DNA of 64,000 bases, from contig OY970194.1 in assembly GCA_963708075.1 (NCBI GenBank), positions 1 to 64,000 of the forward strand. The letters run 5' to 3'. Below the pieces are notes generated by a model, which had not been told where the DNA came from, made no database searches, and saw only the letters and a list, made by a program, of their open reading frames with translations. Made by a program: the position numbers and the translations under genes. The stretch's first letter is position 1. Each line of letters begins with the position of its first letter. Shown here one piece after another: positions 10,893-21,167 of this stretch. Source of the DNA: Sedimentisphaerales bacterium. Lineage in GTDB: Bacteria > Planctomycetota > Phycisphaerae > Sedimentisphaerales > Anaerobacaceae.

Positions 10893-11828
10893 ATGGCAAA
10901 AAACAAGCTGACAAACAGGAATTTCGAAAAGCTGGTGGATGAGATCACGGAGACGTACAAGGGCGACTCCGGCATCAACTTCATCGATGTGGCGAATCTG
11001 CCGGTGCGAGGCGAGATTCTTCAGATCCTGGACTTGTTGTTCGAGGTGCTCTTTCCCGGGCACACGGGCAACAAGGTGGTGACGAAGTCCAATGTCAAGT
11101 ACATCGTGGGCGACCTGCTGAGCCAGATCTGCGTGGAGCTTGTCGAGCAACTGAACCGGGCCTATCAGTACCAGTGCCGGATCAAGAATTGCCGGCGGTG
11201 CGATTGCCAGACCATGGCGGAAACCGTGGCGACCGAGCTTCTCGGCGAGTTGCCCCGGGTTCGCAACCTGCTCAAGGGCGACGTCCGGGCCGCCTACGAC
11301 GGCGATCCGGCGGCGAAGTCCTACGAAGAGATCGTCATGAGCTACCCGTGCATCATTGCGATTGCGACCTACCGCATCGCGCACGAGTTGTTCGTTCGCC
11401 AGGTCCCGCTGATCCCGCGGATCATGTCCGAGTGCGCCCATGCGAGGACCGGCATCGACATCCATCCCGGCGCCCGGATCGGCAAGAGTTTCTTCATCGA
11501 TCATGGCACGGGCGTGGTGATCGGAGAGACCAGCATCATCGGCGATCACGTGATCATCTACCAGGGCACGACGCTGGGCGCGCTGAGCTTCCGGCGGGAT
11601 GCACGCGGCCGGATCATCAAGGGTGGAAAACGGCATCCGACCATCGAGGATAATGTTACGATCTACGCCGAGGCGACCATCCTCGGCGATGTCACTATCG
11701 GCAAGGGGGCCGTCATCGGCGGCAACACCTGGCTCAAGGAGTCCGTGCCGCCCGGCGTCACCGTTACAAACTCGAATCCCGATCTGGTGTACCGCAGGCA
11801 TGACGGCAGCCCTGGCCGGCCCATATAA
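10893..11828 (+). CDS. cysE: Serine O-acetyltransferase (long EpsC-like form)
   Basis: GDPAA, GIDIHPGARIG, FIDHGTGVVIGET, KRHPTI. Confidence 0.93.
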   Translation: MAKNKLTNRNFEKLVDEITETYKGDSGINFIDVANLPVRGEILQILDLLFEVLFPGHTGNKVVTKSNVKYIVGDLLSQICVELVEQLNRAYQYQCRIKNCRRCDCQTMAETVATELLGELPRVRNLLKGDVRAAYDGDPAAKSYEEIVMSYPCIIAIATYRIAHELFVRQVPLIPRIMSECAHARTGIDIHPGARIGKSFFIDHGTGVVIGETSIIGDHVIIYQGTTLGALSFRRDARGRIIKGGKRHPTIEDNVTIYAEATILGDVTIGKGAVIGGNTWLKESVPPGVTVTNSNPDLVYRRHDGSPGRPI

Positions 11829-11842
11829 GTGTCTTGGGGTGA

Positions 11843-12763
11843 GTGTTGGATCAGAAAATCGTCAACGAGATTCAGGAGCTGAAACAAAAGCGCAAGGCCG
11901 TCATCCTGGCGCATAACTATCAGCTTCCTGAGATTCAGGACCTGGCCGACTTCTGCGGCGACTCGCTTGGGCTGAGCATCGAGGCGTCGAAGACGGACGC
12001 CGAGGTGATCGTGTTCTGCGGCGTGCGGTTCATGGCCGAGACGGCGAAGATCCTCTCGCCCGACAAGAAGGTGGTCATGCCCGATCCCTGGGCGGGTTGC
12101 CCGATGGCTGACATGATTACCGCCGAGCAGTTGTGCGGCCTCAAGGGGAAATGCCGCGATGCCCTGGTCGTCTGTTATGTGAACAGTACGGCGGCCGTCA
12201 AGGCCGAGAGCGATTACTGCTGCACCAGCGCCAACGCCGTCGAGGTCGTCAACTCGCTGCCTCGCGACCGGCGGATCATCTTCGTGCCCGACCAGCATCT
12301 GGGCAAGTTCGTCGAGGAGAAGACGGGGCGCGAGCTGATCCTGTGGCCCGGGTACTGCCCGACGCACGCCCTCATCGGCGAGGACGACATCAGGGAGGCC
12401 CGGCAGGAGCATCCGGCGGCGGTCGTGATGGTGCATCCCGAGTGCTCGGAGCCGGTCAAACACATGGCCGATGCACTGCTGAGCACGGGACAGATGCTCA
12501 AGTTTGTCAAAGCCAGCCCCGCGAAGGAATTCATCGTCGCCACCGAAGTCGGGATGATCCACCCGCTGAAGAAGGTCCGGCCGGACGCCCAGTTCATACC
12601 CGCCGGCAGCAGGGCGGTATGCCCGAACATGAAGAAAACCACAATCGAGAAGGTTCTCGCCTCGCTGACGAACCTCGAATACGAAGTGACCGTACCCAAG
12701 GACATCCGCCTCATGGCAAAGAGATCGCTGGAGCGCATGGTGGAAATCCTGCCGGAGAAATGA
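11843..12763 (+). CDS. nadA: Quinolinate synthase
   Basis: ILAHNYQ, CGVRFMAETAKIL, AGCPMA, YVNS, CCTSANA, HPEC, CPNMK. Confidence 0.96.
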   Translation: MLDQKIVNEIQELKQKRKAVILAHNYQLPEIQDLADFCGDSLGLSIEASKTDAEVIVFCGVRFMAETAKILSPDKKVVMPDPWAGCPMADMITAEQLCGLKGKCRDALVVCYVNSTAAVKAESDYCCTSANAVEVVNSLPRDRRIIFVPDQHLGKFVEEKTGRELILWPGYCPTHALIGEDDIREARQEHPAAVVMVHPECSEPVKHMADALLSTGQMLKFVKASPAKEFIVATEVGMIHPLKKVRPDAQFIPAGSRAVCPNMKKTTIEKVLASLTNLEYEVTVPKDIRLMAKRSLERMVEILPEK

Positions 12764-12764
12764 T

Positions 12765-13646
12765 ATGTGGGAATACACGGACAAATTACGAGACCACTTC
12801 TTCAATCCGCGCAACGTCGGCGAGATTGAGGACGCGGACGGCGTTGGCGAAGTCGGCTCACTGGCATGCGGCGATGCCTTGCGGCTGACGTTCAAGCTGG
12901 ACAAAGACGGCCGGATTGTCGACGCCAGGTTCAAAACCTTCGGTTGCGCCAGCGCGATTGCGACCTCCTCCGTGCTCACCGAGCTGATCAAAGGCAAGAC
13001 GCTCGAAGAGGCGATGAAGGTGACCAACAGGGACATCGCCAACTACCTGGGCGGGCTGCCCGAGCAGAAGATGCACTGTTCCGTCATGGGCCGCGAGGCC
13101 CTGGAGGCCGCCATCGAGAATTATCGCGGGAGAGGCAGCAAGAAGCACGAGATTCAGGGCAACATCGTCTGTACCTGCTTTGGCGTCACCGATACGGAGA
13201 TCGAGCGGGTCATCCGCGAGAACAACCTGGTCACGGTCGAGCAGGTGACGAATTACTGCAAGGCCGGCGGCGGCTGCGGCGGCTGCAAGGGTGAGATCGA
13301 GAAAATCATCGAGCGCGTCCAGGGCGAGAAAGTCAAAGAGCAGGAGCTGCCTCCGCCCCGCAAGGACAAGCGGTTGACGAACATTCAGAAGATTCAGCTC
13401 ATTCAGCAGACGATCAACGAACAGATCCGGCCGGCCCTGCGGGCGCATGGCGGCAACATCGAGCTGATCGACGTCGCCGGCGACAAAGTGGTCATCGCCT
13501 TTCGCGGCATGTGTGCCCAGTGCAAGGTCAGCGACTTCACGATGAAGGACGTGGTCGAGGCCAAGCTGCGCGAGTTCGTCTCCGAGAGTCTGTACGTCGA
13601 GGAGGACACGGAATCGCAGGAGCAGGGGCACGAGCACGAGGGGTAA
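12765..13646 (+). CDS. nifU: Fe-S scaffold NifU (IscU, BFD-like [2Fe-2S] and Nfu domains)
   Basis: HFFNPRNVG, ACGD, FGCASA, KMHCS; CTC...GGCGGC; HGGNIEL...GMCAQC. Confidence 0.95.
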   Translation: MWEYTDKLRDHFFNPRNVGEIEDADGVGEVGSLACGDALRLTFKLDKDGRIVDARFKTFGCASAIATSSVLTELIKGKTLEEAMKVTNRDIANYLGGLPEQKMHCSVMGREALEAAIENYRGRGSKKHEIQGNIVCTCFGVTDTEIERVIRENNLVTVEQVTNYCKAGGGCGGCKGEIEKIIERVQGEKVKEQELPPPRKDKRLTNIQKIQLIQQTINEQIRPALRAHGGNIELIDVAGDKVVIAFRGMCAQCKVSDFTMKDVVEAKLREFVSESLYVEEDTESQEQGHEHEG

Positions 13647-13649
13647 ACG

Positions 13650-14816
13650 ATGAAGGTCATCTATTTCGATAACAACGCAACGACGAGAGTGGCGGACGAG
13701 GTATACGAGGAGATGCGGCCGTACTTCACGACCCTGTACGGCAATCCGTCGAGCATGCACACGTTCGGCGGCCACGTGGGAATCAAAGTCCGCGAGGCTC
13801 GCGATCGCGTGGCCGGCCTGCTCGGCTGCGACCCGGGCGAGATCATCTTCACCAGTTGCGGCACGGAAAGTGACAACGCCGCCATCCACGGGGCCCTGGC
13901 GGCCGCGCCGCAGAAGCGCAAGGTCATCACCAGCCGCGTCGAGCATCCCGCGGTACTGGCTGCCTGCCGGGACCTGGAGACCCACGGCTACACGGTAATC
14001 GAGCTGGGGGTGGACAAGGTCGGCCAACTCGACCTCGGCGAGCTGGAGCGCCAGCTCGACAATGACACCGCCCTGGTCACGATCATGTACGCGAACAACG
14101 AGACGGGCGTGATCTTCCCCATCGAAAAGATCGCCGAGATGGTGACGAGTCGGGGCATCGCCTTCCACACTGACGCCGTGCAGGTTGTCGGCAAGGTACC
14201 CCTGAATCTCGCCAGGAGTCCCATCAACCTGCTGAGTCTTTCCGGTCACAAGCTCCACGCCCCCAAAGGCGTCGGCGTGCTCTACGTCAGGAAGGGTACA
14301 CGAATTGCCCCGTTTCTGCTCGGGGGCCACCAGGAAGGCGGACAACGCGCCGGCACCGAGAACGTGCCCGGTATCATCGGCTTGGGCAAAGCCTGCGAGT
14401 TGGCCGCACGGCACATGGACGACGAGAACACGAGGGTCAAACGCCTGCGGGACAAGCTCGAAAGCGAGATCCTCAAGACCTGCCCGGACAGCCGGGTGAA
14501 TGGCGACGTCCGGAACCGCCTGCCCAATACCACCAACATCAGCTTCGAGTATGTCGAGGGCGAGGCGATCCTGTTACTGCTCGACCGCTACGGCATCTGC
14601 GCCAGCAGCGGCTCGGCCTGCACCAGCGGCTCACTCGAACCGTCGCACGTCTTGCGCGCGATGGGTGTGCCGTTCACCGCCGCCCACGGCTCCATCCGAT
14701 TCAGTCTCAGCCGGTACAACACCGAGGACGAAGTGGATTTCACGATCCAGAAGATGCCCGAGATCATCCATCGCCTCCGCGAGCTCTCCCCCTTCGTCCA
14801 AACCACCAGACGCTGA
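13650..14816 (+). CDS. nifS: Cysteine desulfurase
   Basis: YFDNNATT, GNPSSMH, HTDAVQ, SGHKLH, SSGSACTS. Confidence 0.95.
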   Translation: MKVIYFDNNATTRVADEVYEEMRPYFTTLYGNPSSMHTFGGHVGIKVREARDRVAGLLGCDPGEIIFTSCGTESDNAAIHGALAAAPQKRKVITSRVEHPAVLAACRDLETHGYTVIELGVDKVGQLDLGELERQLDNDTALVTIMYANNETGVIFPIEKIAEMVTSRGIAFHTDAVQVVGKVPLNLARSPINLLSLSGHKLHAPKGVGVLYVRKGTRIAPFLLGGHQEGGQRAGTENVPGIIGLGKACELAARHMDDENTRVKRLRDKLESEILKTCPDSRVNGDVRNRLPNTTNISFEYVEGEAILLLLDRYGICASSGSACTSGSLEPSHVLRAMGVPFTAAHGSIRFSLSRYNTEDEVDFTIQKMPEIIHRLRELSPFVQTTRR

Positions 14817-14837
14817 GAAGGACGGACCGTAAACCAT

Positions 14838-15269
14838 ATGTGCTATTCGCTGTATCTATCGACGAGCAGCCCGGAGGATTTGGCGAAGTACAACTCGGAA
14901 CGGCTCCGCTTCAGGCCGCCTGAGGCAGCGGATGAGAAATGGGTGGGTCTCTTGCGGCACGAGCACAAGTGGTTTGTCGGGTCGAAGTCCAAATGCAGTT
15001 GCACGTTTCGGCATCTCTCCACAACAGACCTGGGCTTCATTGAGCCGCAGGATTGGTGCCCGGAGGATGCAGACAACATCCAGGCCACCGCCGAACTGTA
15101 TCGAGTGATCCGCCGGCTCATTTCCGCAGGAGAGCAGGTGGATTGTTTGGACACGTGGTATGGCGCCAAGCCGGGCGAAATCAAGGATATGGTGGTGACA
15201 TTCAATGCCGTCTCTGAAAAGGAGTTCCTCCTTTTCGAAAACCATCATTTCGTGTTTGAAGGAGAATGA
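14838..15269 (+). CDS. Hypothetical protein with an N-terminal Cys and a CxC motif
   Basis: 143-aa ATG ORF directly after nifS; MCY... and GSKSKCSCTFRH. Confidence 0.65.
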   Translation: MCYSLYLSTSSPEDLAKYNSERLRFRPPEAADEKWVGLLRHEHKWFVGSKSKCSCTFRHLSTTDLGFIEPQDWCPEDADNIQATAELYRVIRRLISAGEQVDCLDTWYGAKPGEIKDMVVTFNAVSEKEFLLFENHHFVFEGE

Positions 15270-15276
15270 GTCGCCA

Positions 15277-16020
15277 TCACGCCTCCTTGGGCGTGAACTG
15301 GGCCAGGTCGTAGATGCCCAGTGTCTTCTCCATGGCGGCCACCTGGTTCACAGCGTTCTCAAAACCGTTGGCCCCGAATTTCTTGTGCTCGATCTCCTCG
15401 AATCGGTCGCCCATCTCCTCAAACTCCTTCGGCTCGACGACCGAGTGCAGATCGACGAACAGGACGCTTCCCTCGCGTGCGCTGTGCGGCAGGTACATGC
15501 GGATATACGCTCTCATGTTGCCGGTCAAGCGTTCCGCATCGGCGGATTCTTTGAGCTGGCCGGCCCCCTTGAGGATTGCCTGCGTCAATCGCGTGGCGGC
15601 ATCGTGCTGCTTGCGGAGCACGGCGACGAGGTCCGCGTGCCGGCGCGCCTTCTCGAACCTCGGAAACACGTAGTCCTCCTCGAGCTTCTGGTGATACTCC
15701 TCGATGAAGGTCTGCACCAGCCGGGCGGCTTCGGTGAGCGTCTTTACAGGCCATTCCCCCGGCGCGGCCTGCATCGCGATCATCCGCTCGTAGATGAGCA
15801 GAATGCGGTGGAGCACATCATGCTCACGCATCAGATCCTCAGGGGCAGAGACGTGTGCCTCCTCCTCTTCCGCCGGTTTCGCCGACTCTTCTTTCCTCTC
15901 CCGTTCCGCTTTCTCGATGGCAGCCACAGGCCGCCCAAGGGTCAACAGATAACTCGCGGACAGCCCCGCCGTGGCAAGCACATCCCGCCGGGTCGGATCG
16001 AAGTCTCCCATTGCAGTCAT
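15277..16020 (-). CDS. Tat-exported hemerythrin (HHE) domain protein
   Basis: TRRDVL twin-arginine signal; LMREH, YHQKLEEDYVFP, LRKQH, PHSARE. Confidence 0.85.
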   Translation of the reverse strand: MTAMGDFDPTRRDVLATAGLSASYLLTLGRPVAAIEKAERERKEESAKPAEEEEAHVSAPEDLMREHDVLHRILLIYERMIAMQAAPGEWPVKTLTEAARLVQTFIEEYHQKLEEDYVFPRFEKARRHADLVAVLRKQHDAATRLTQAILKGAGQLKESADAERLTGNMRAYIRMYLPHSAREGSVLFVDLHSVVEPKEFEEMGDRFEEIEHKKFGANGFENAVNQVAAMEKTLGIYDLAQFTPKEA

Positions 16021-16159
16021 CTCCCTATCCTTTCATCTGCACTGTATAATTGCGATAGGGCACATACTCCTCCGAATCTGTACTTCCGGCCAATAGGCAA
16101 ATCCCCTGATATGCACTCAGAGAAATTCCTTTGCGGCATAGATGCAAGACCGTGTGTTT

Positions 16160-17509
16160 CTACGGTTCTTTGTCGGCTGCCTTGCGAGTGCCTGCTTCCA
16201 TCAGTCCGGATGGCGTCTGTGGTGTGGACAGCAGCGTGTGGAACACTTGCCAGCGGCGGGTGGGGTCATTGCCGGGGCCGCTGTGCCGCTCGATGTAGTT
16301 TCGCACGAGCTGCCGGCCCACTGTGTAGGTGACCACGTAGCTGCGATACTTCTCGATGAATGTGATCATGTTCTCCACGCCCCCATAGGCGGCGAGGTAA
16401 TATTTTCGGAGCCACTCTCGCATCTCGTCCATGGTCATGCGGCCGTCCAGGTAGCGCCGGGCCGCCTCCACCAGGGCGCCTTCCTGCTCATCCTTCAGCT
16501 CCATGGTTCGCTGGTAGCTCTCAATCTCGGCCGCGTCCAATCCCATGAGCGGAAGGAGAATTCTTCGGTCGAACTCGACCCGCTCCGCGGTTGTCATGAT
16601 GAGGTCTTTGCAGCCATACTCCGCGAGCCCTTCTGCGATCAGTGCCAGGGGGCTGTAGAGCGGCAGGACGCTGTACTCCATCCACTTCCTGTCCTGCACG
16701 AGGTTCTTATCGAGCAGGGTCAGGTAAAGGTGATGCCCCGGATAGATTTCGTGGCCGGCGAGCTTCTCGATGTCCGCCACGCCGAACGGCATTTGGAAAT
16801 TGACCTCGATCAGGCTGAGCCCGTTGCCCTTGTATGTGGCAGCGGCGCCCCAGGGTTTGGCGATCACGAATTGCAGGTCGTAACGCTCGCCCTCCGGCAG
16901 CGGCATGTGTTCCCGCGTACGCTTGCGGTACTCGGCGATCAGGGCCCGCAGAGCCTCCTCGAGCTTGTCCCGCGGAACGGTGAACTGGTTCCTGCAACTG
17001 TTGAATCGCCAGTAGAGGTCGTCGTCGCCCGGCAGCACCTGGCCGAGCCTGTCCAGAAGGCTTTGAAAATACGCATCGTCACGGGCGGGCGCGACGACGT
17101 CGTACAACGCCTTCGACTCCTCGTCAAAGGACATCTTCCTGCCGGCCAGCAACTCGATCTTGGCGTTCGCGGAGGACAGTTGCTTCTCCAGATAGGCCTG
17201 CCGCTGCTTCTCCAGAGGGGTGAATCCGCGAGCATCGATCTTCGCCAATCGCGCGATCAACTCGCGGGCTCTGCCGCCCAGCCGCTCGGCGGGAAACGGG
17301 TCCTGTCTGGCGCTCTCCGGAGGCTTCCACTCGCTCGGCCCAAAGTATGCATCCACGTACACGTCGTCGTACAACCCGATCTCAAGCACGAGTCTGACAT
17401 ACGACTCGGCAATATCGTTTGCATCGGCCCGACCGCCGGCCACGGCTGTAGCGCAGGCCAACAGGCCCGGCGCCATCGCAACGAATACCCAGTACAAGGC
17501 CTTGCCCAT
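16160..17509 (-). CDS. Exported DUF885-like putative metallopeptidase
   Basis: Signal peptide; VDAYFGP, HEIYPGHH and IAEGLAEY motifs. Confidence 0.7.
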   Translation of the reverse strand: MGKALYWVFVAMAPGLLACATAVAGGRADANDIAESYVRLVLEIGLYDDVYVDAYFGPSEWKPPESARQDPFPAERLGGRARELIARLAKIDARGFTPLEKQRQAYLEKQLSSANAKIELLAGRKMSFDEESKALYDVVAPARDDAYFQSLLDRLGQVLPGDDDLYWRFNSCRNQFTVPRDKLEEALRALIAEYRKRTREHMPLPEGERYDLQFVIAKPWGAAATYKGNGLSLIEVNFQMPFGVADIEKLAGHEIYPGHHLYLTLLDKNLVQDRKWMEYSVLPLYSPLALIAEGLAEYGCKDLIMTTAERVEFDRRILLPLMGLDAAEIESYQRTMELKDEQEGALVEAARRYLDGRMTMDEMREWLRKYYLAAYGGVENMITFIEKYRSYVVTYTVGRQLVRNYIERHSGPGNDPTRRWQVFHTLLSTPQTPSGLMEAGTRKAADKEP

Positions 17510-17685
17510 CTCATGCCTCCAGAAAGGATCACCAGTAGCAGGCTATTTCTACAACAGCATCGCTCATCGTGCAAGTCCATCGTGCAGGCTTCGCTCGTCG
17601 GGCGCGAGGGTCTTCCTTATTGGAGGGGCGGGCCCGTCTGCTATGGTGCAGAAGGATGGACGTGGGCAATCATGAGGGTACCCCA

Positions 17686-17916
17686 ATGAAGATAACCCAT
17701 ATACAAGGTCAGGAGTTGCTGGACTGCCGCGGCAACCCGACGGTGGTCGAGGCTGTTCGCTGGTCGGCGGAGATCTTCCACACACTTGGCGGGATCATCG
17801 AATCGCGGGGCTGGCCCGGTGTGATTCGGATGCAAAGAAGTGCACAAGAGTCGAACGGACGGGGTCGCAGATGCGAGCCTTCCCGCCGCTCGGTCTCTTG
17901 TGCACTTCTCATGTAA
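17686..17916 (+). pseudogene. eno: Internally deleted enolase remnant
   Basis: GAGG SD, then MKITHIQGQELLDCRGNPTV (enolase N-terminus) joined directly to EAVRWSAEIFHTL (mid-enolase EALRxGAExFH). No recognisable similarity after that. Confidence 0.7.
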
Positions 17917-17950
17917 CGCGTTGCCCATCACCGCCGGGCCGGCGCAGCCG

Positions 17951-19777
17951 TCACTTGCCTGCTACGGTCAGTTGGCCCGACTCGATGACGACCATGTTGT
18001 TCTTCTCATCCTCCTCGATCACCTGATTCTCGGAATCGATGAGCCACCCAACATAGTAGGTGCCGGCCGGGATAGTTGCCGGAACCGGGTTGAGCCAGGA
18101 AAGCTCGATCGATCCGCCGGAGTCGATATCCAGGGCGGTATGCGAGAGCTGGTAGTCATCGGGGGTGATCTGGGTGTCTGTGGACAGGTAAATATCGACG
18201 AAGAACGGTCCTGAATCCCCGCCGCCGCGGTTATAGATCATGCCGTTGATGCTGAGATGCTTATCCGCTCCCACCATCTGCGGCAGAAAACTGCGGAATT
18301 CCGGCTTGTCGCACAGGTCGGCAAGCACCACCCGCTGGATCTCGGTGCAGGCCATCCACAGTCCGGCGTTCTCGCGAAGCCACGTGGGTGTCTGGCACAT
18401 CCTGTCGTCATCACCGGTGCCGGTCCAGTCGTCCCATGCGACGAGGATCGGCGTGATCGGGTCATCCGGGTCACAGCACAGAACCGTGCCGCCGGCCCCG
18501 ACCGCCAAGCCTTGTGCCCCGCCGGGCTGGTTCACCAGCAGCCTGACTCTGTCGCCGGGGACATAGGGCGGTTCACAGCAGCTCGGTATATGGCAGGGCG
18601 TGACAATCGACTCGAAGATGATCCCGCCGATGTCTCGCTTCGCCGGGTCGGCGGGGGTCTGTCTGCCGATCAGTTCCTCGTAAGGCGTGTACAGGCCCGT
18701 CGCTTTGCACAGGCCCCTGAGCAGAGGTTTTCCCGTCGCAATGTCCGGCAGGCAGTACACCTCTCCCAGCGGCACGAACAACCCGACCATCGGGACATTC
18801 GGCGAGTTGCCCCGGCAGCAGATCACCGTCTCCTCCAGAGTCCCGCAGTCGCTCTCATAGAACTTGGCAAGGTCCTGCGCCGACACCCACCAGGTGGATC
18901 CGGGCGGGAACATGCCGCCGAATCGCTGCGTGCAATCGAGGTATTCCTCCGGATCGCCGCCTTTGTCCCACAGATCCCAACTGACGAGGAACGGATGCTC
19001 CTTCTCGAACGTGTTGCGGCAGATGATGGTTCCGGTGGCCCCACGCGGAAGTCCCACGGCGCCATTTGGATTACTCTCGCCGACCAGGACGACGCGCTCG
19101 CTATTGAAGAAGGGCCCTGTGGCCCAACTGCCGGGGGTCAGGTCCCAATCAGAAGGCGTCAGAATCGGGTGGTAGATGTCGCCATTTTCCTGGGGACACG
19201 TCTGGCCCGCCGCGGCCTTACTCGTGTTCAACAGCCCGCGCACCCGAACGAAGGCCCCTGGAAGGACAGCCCACCACTGCTCCCGGAATTCCGGATTGAT
19301 AACCAGGCGATAGAGGCCGCCTTCATAGGTCGAAATGTACAGGCAGCCTTCGGGCCCTCCCTGCAGCACGCCGATTCCCTCGAAGGGAAGGCCCAGCCGG
19401 ACCTTGGACGGGTCCACCCACATCGCCGAGCCTTCAGGGTACATGCCGATCACCGCGTTGGTGCAGGAGGCTTCCTCATTCTTGCCGCCGCGCCACAGGT
19501 TCCAGCTCACGAGAATGCGACTGGAACAATCGGACTTGTCACAGCAGAGGATCGTGCCGGACATGCCGGCCTTGAGGCCCGGTCCCCCGGCCGGCTCGTT
19601 GTCGAGCAGCACGACCCGTGTCCCCGGAATGAAATCCGTGGCGTACATCACGCGAGGCGTGCCTTCATTCGGTAGCCCGCCTTGGCCTGCCAGGGCGACG
19701 GGGCCACCACCCGCCGCAAGACAGACCAACAGCAGGACTGTCACAGTGACTGGATGACAGATGATGTGCCGTTCCAT
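17951..19777 (-). CDS. Secreted Cys-rich protein with three internal repeats and a C-terminal CARDB-like domain
   Basis: Signal peptide; three copies of RVxL...GL..G..GT..C....LVxWxxW; YLSTD..I...GTYYVG...E.DE.NN. Confidence 0.75.
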   Translation of the reverse strand: MERHIICHPVTVTVLLLVCLAAGGGPVALAGQGGLPNEGTPRVMYATDFIPGTRVVLLDNEPAGGPGLKAGMSGTILCCDKSDCSSRILVSWNLWRGGKNEEASCTNAVIGMYPEGSAMWVDPSKVRLGLPFEGIGVLQGGPEGCLYISTYEGGLYRLVINPEFREQWWAVLPGAFVRVRGLLNTSKAAAGQTCPQENGDIYHPILTPSDWDLTPGSWATGPFFNSERVVLVGESNPNGAVGLPRGATGTIICRNTFEKEHPFLVSWDLWDKGGDPEEYLDCTQRFGGMFPPGSTWWVSAQDLAKFYESDCGTLEETVICCRGNSPNVPMVGLFVPLGEVYCLPDIATGKPLLRGLCKATGLYTPYEELIGRQTPADPAKRDIGGIIFESIVTPCHIPSCCEPPYVPGDRVRLLVNQPGGAQGLAVGAGGTVLCCDPDDPITPILVAWDDWTGTGDDDRMCQTPTWLRENAGLWMACTEIQRVVLADLCDKPEFRSFLPQMVGADKHLSINGMIYNRGGGDSGPFFVDIYLSTDTQITPDDYQLSHTALDIDSGGSIELSWLNPVPATIPAGTYYVGWLIDSENQVIEEDEKNNMVVIESGQLTVAGK

Positions 19778-20254
19778 TTCCGTTCCTCCTCAATAAGATG
19801 TGATGTTCAGGGCCCTTGGAACCATGATTCCCGCATACAAACCGGCCCTTACCGACCGGCCTGCCACACGGCAGACCCACATACCTCCCGACAAGAGACA
19901 GCGTAACACAATCTCTGGTGTTTTCAAGTACTTTTTTGCAAATATTATAGGTCCATGGCGAGGGCAGGCCTGTGACAACTGACGCTCCAAGGGAGGCCGG
20001 AATTTCGCTGAAAAGCTTGCGGGCCCCCGTCCATCCATAACGGTGGCCCGCTTTGCGCCTGCTTGGCACTATCAGATTCAGGCGGCAGTCACACGAATGC
20101 GACCATCCGACCCCGGCGCACCCAGTTCACCGGAGCCATCGATCACGAACACTGCATTCATCCCTCCAAGAGGGGAATGCGGACCGCCGCGTCGTCCGAA
20201 CACGGCGGCCCGCGCAGGTCCAATACCCATCCATGGAGTGACATTCACATTGGA

Positions 20255-20941
20255 TCAGACCATTCGACGCCGACGTATCCAGCCAACCAGGCTTATGCCA
20301 ATGCCCCCGAGCAGGATTGCACCGGGAGCAGGAACAGATGGAGCTGGCTCATCGATGTAGAAATTGTCCATCCCGAAACAATCCACAAGATTCGACGCTG
20401 TAAACGAAAACCAGGCGATATTGTCGAAGTTGGCGCCCAGGAATATCTGTGGATTAGCACCGGCAAACCCCCAATCGTCCGTGGGTAGTAGCTGGGAGAA
20501 ACCATTTGAAGCGTTGATCCAGACCTGCTCATTGCCGGAGGCCGGCCCTCCACCAAAATCCGTGTTGGAGGTGAGTATGAAGTAGTTCAGATCGAACGGT
20601 GTGCCATCTATCTTGGTGACTAAGATACTCGTCAAAGCGCCATAACTGCCCGTTGCCCAATGTGCGTGTATGACAGCATTGCCGACGTGATAGTAGTCTC
20701 CGATGATCCCGTGGTCACCGACGAAATCCAGTCGAAATCCGTTTTCGTCGTAATAGTCCACCCCCAGTGTGCCTGGATCTCCCCAGCCGGGCGGCCCATA
20801 AACTGCACTGTTGTCAGTAACGACGGTCGTGCCATCGCTCAGTGTTGCCGTACCTCCAGTGAAGTCGACGATGGCTGCCTGTGCGGTCCCCGCAAGGCAC
20901 AGCATGCCACATAGAACGATTGTCAAATATCTCGTCTTCAT
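20255..20941 (-). CDS. PEP-CTERM-type (VPAPG) exosortase substrate
   Basis: AQA signal peptide; C-terminus VPAPGAILLGGIGISLVGWIRRRR. Confidence 0.85.
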   Translation of the reverse strand: MKTRYLTIVLCGMLCLAGTAQAAIVDFTGGTATLSDGTTVVTDNSAVYGPPGWGDPGTLGVDYYDENGFRLDFVGDHGIIGDYYHVGNAVIHAHWATGSYGALTSILVTKIDGTPFDLNYFILTSNTDFGGGPASGNEQVWINASNGFSQLLPTDDWGFAGANPQIFLGANFDNIAWFSFTASNLVDCFGMDNFYIDEPAPSVPAPGAILLGGIGISLVGWIRRRRMV

Positions 20942-21167
20942 CTCTCTACTCCTTCTTTGAACCCTCAAACCATTAACTTCTCACTCTACACCCGGTAACC
21001 CAGTGACCTGATCTGCTCAGTACAAACGAAAGGTGCGAAACCCAGGTATTCAGCAGCTTGAGAAGGATGGCTGCCTTCCTTGGGTCGGTTCAATTGTCGA
21101 GGATGAATGGACCGCACGTCGAGCACGGCCCGCTCCTGTGTTCTCGGCTCGAGTCCCTTCGAGTTCG

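Noticed and set aside
12765..14816. Nitrogen fixation cluster
   Set aside because: No nifH/D/K in the window; nifU and nifS alone are a general Fe-S assembly system.
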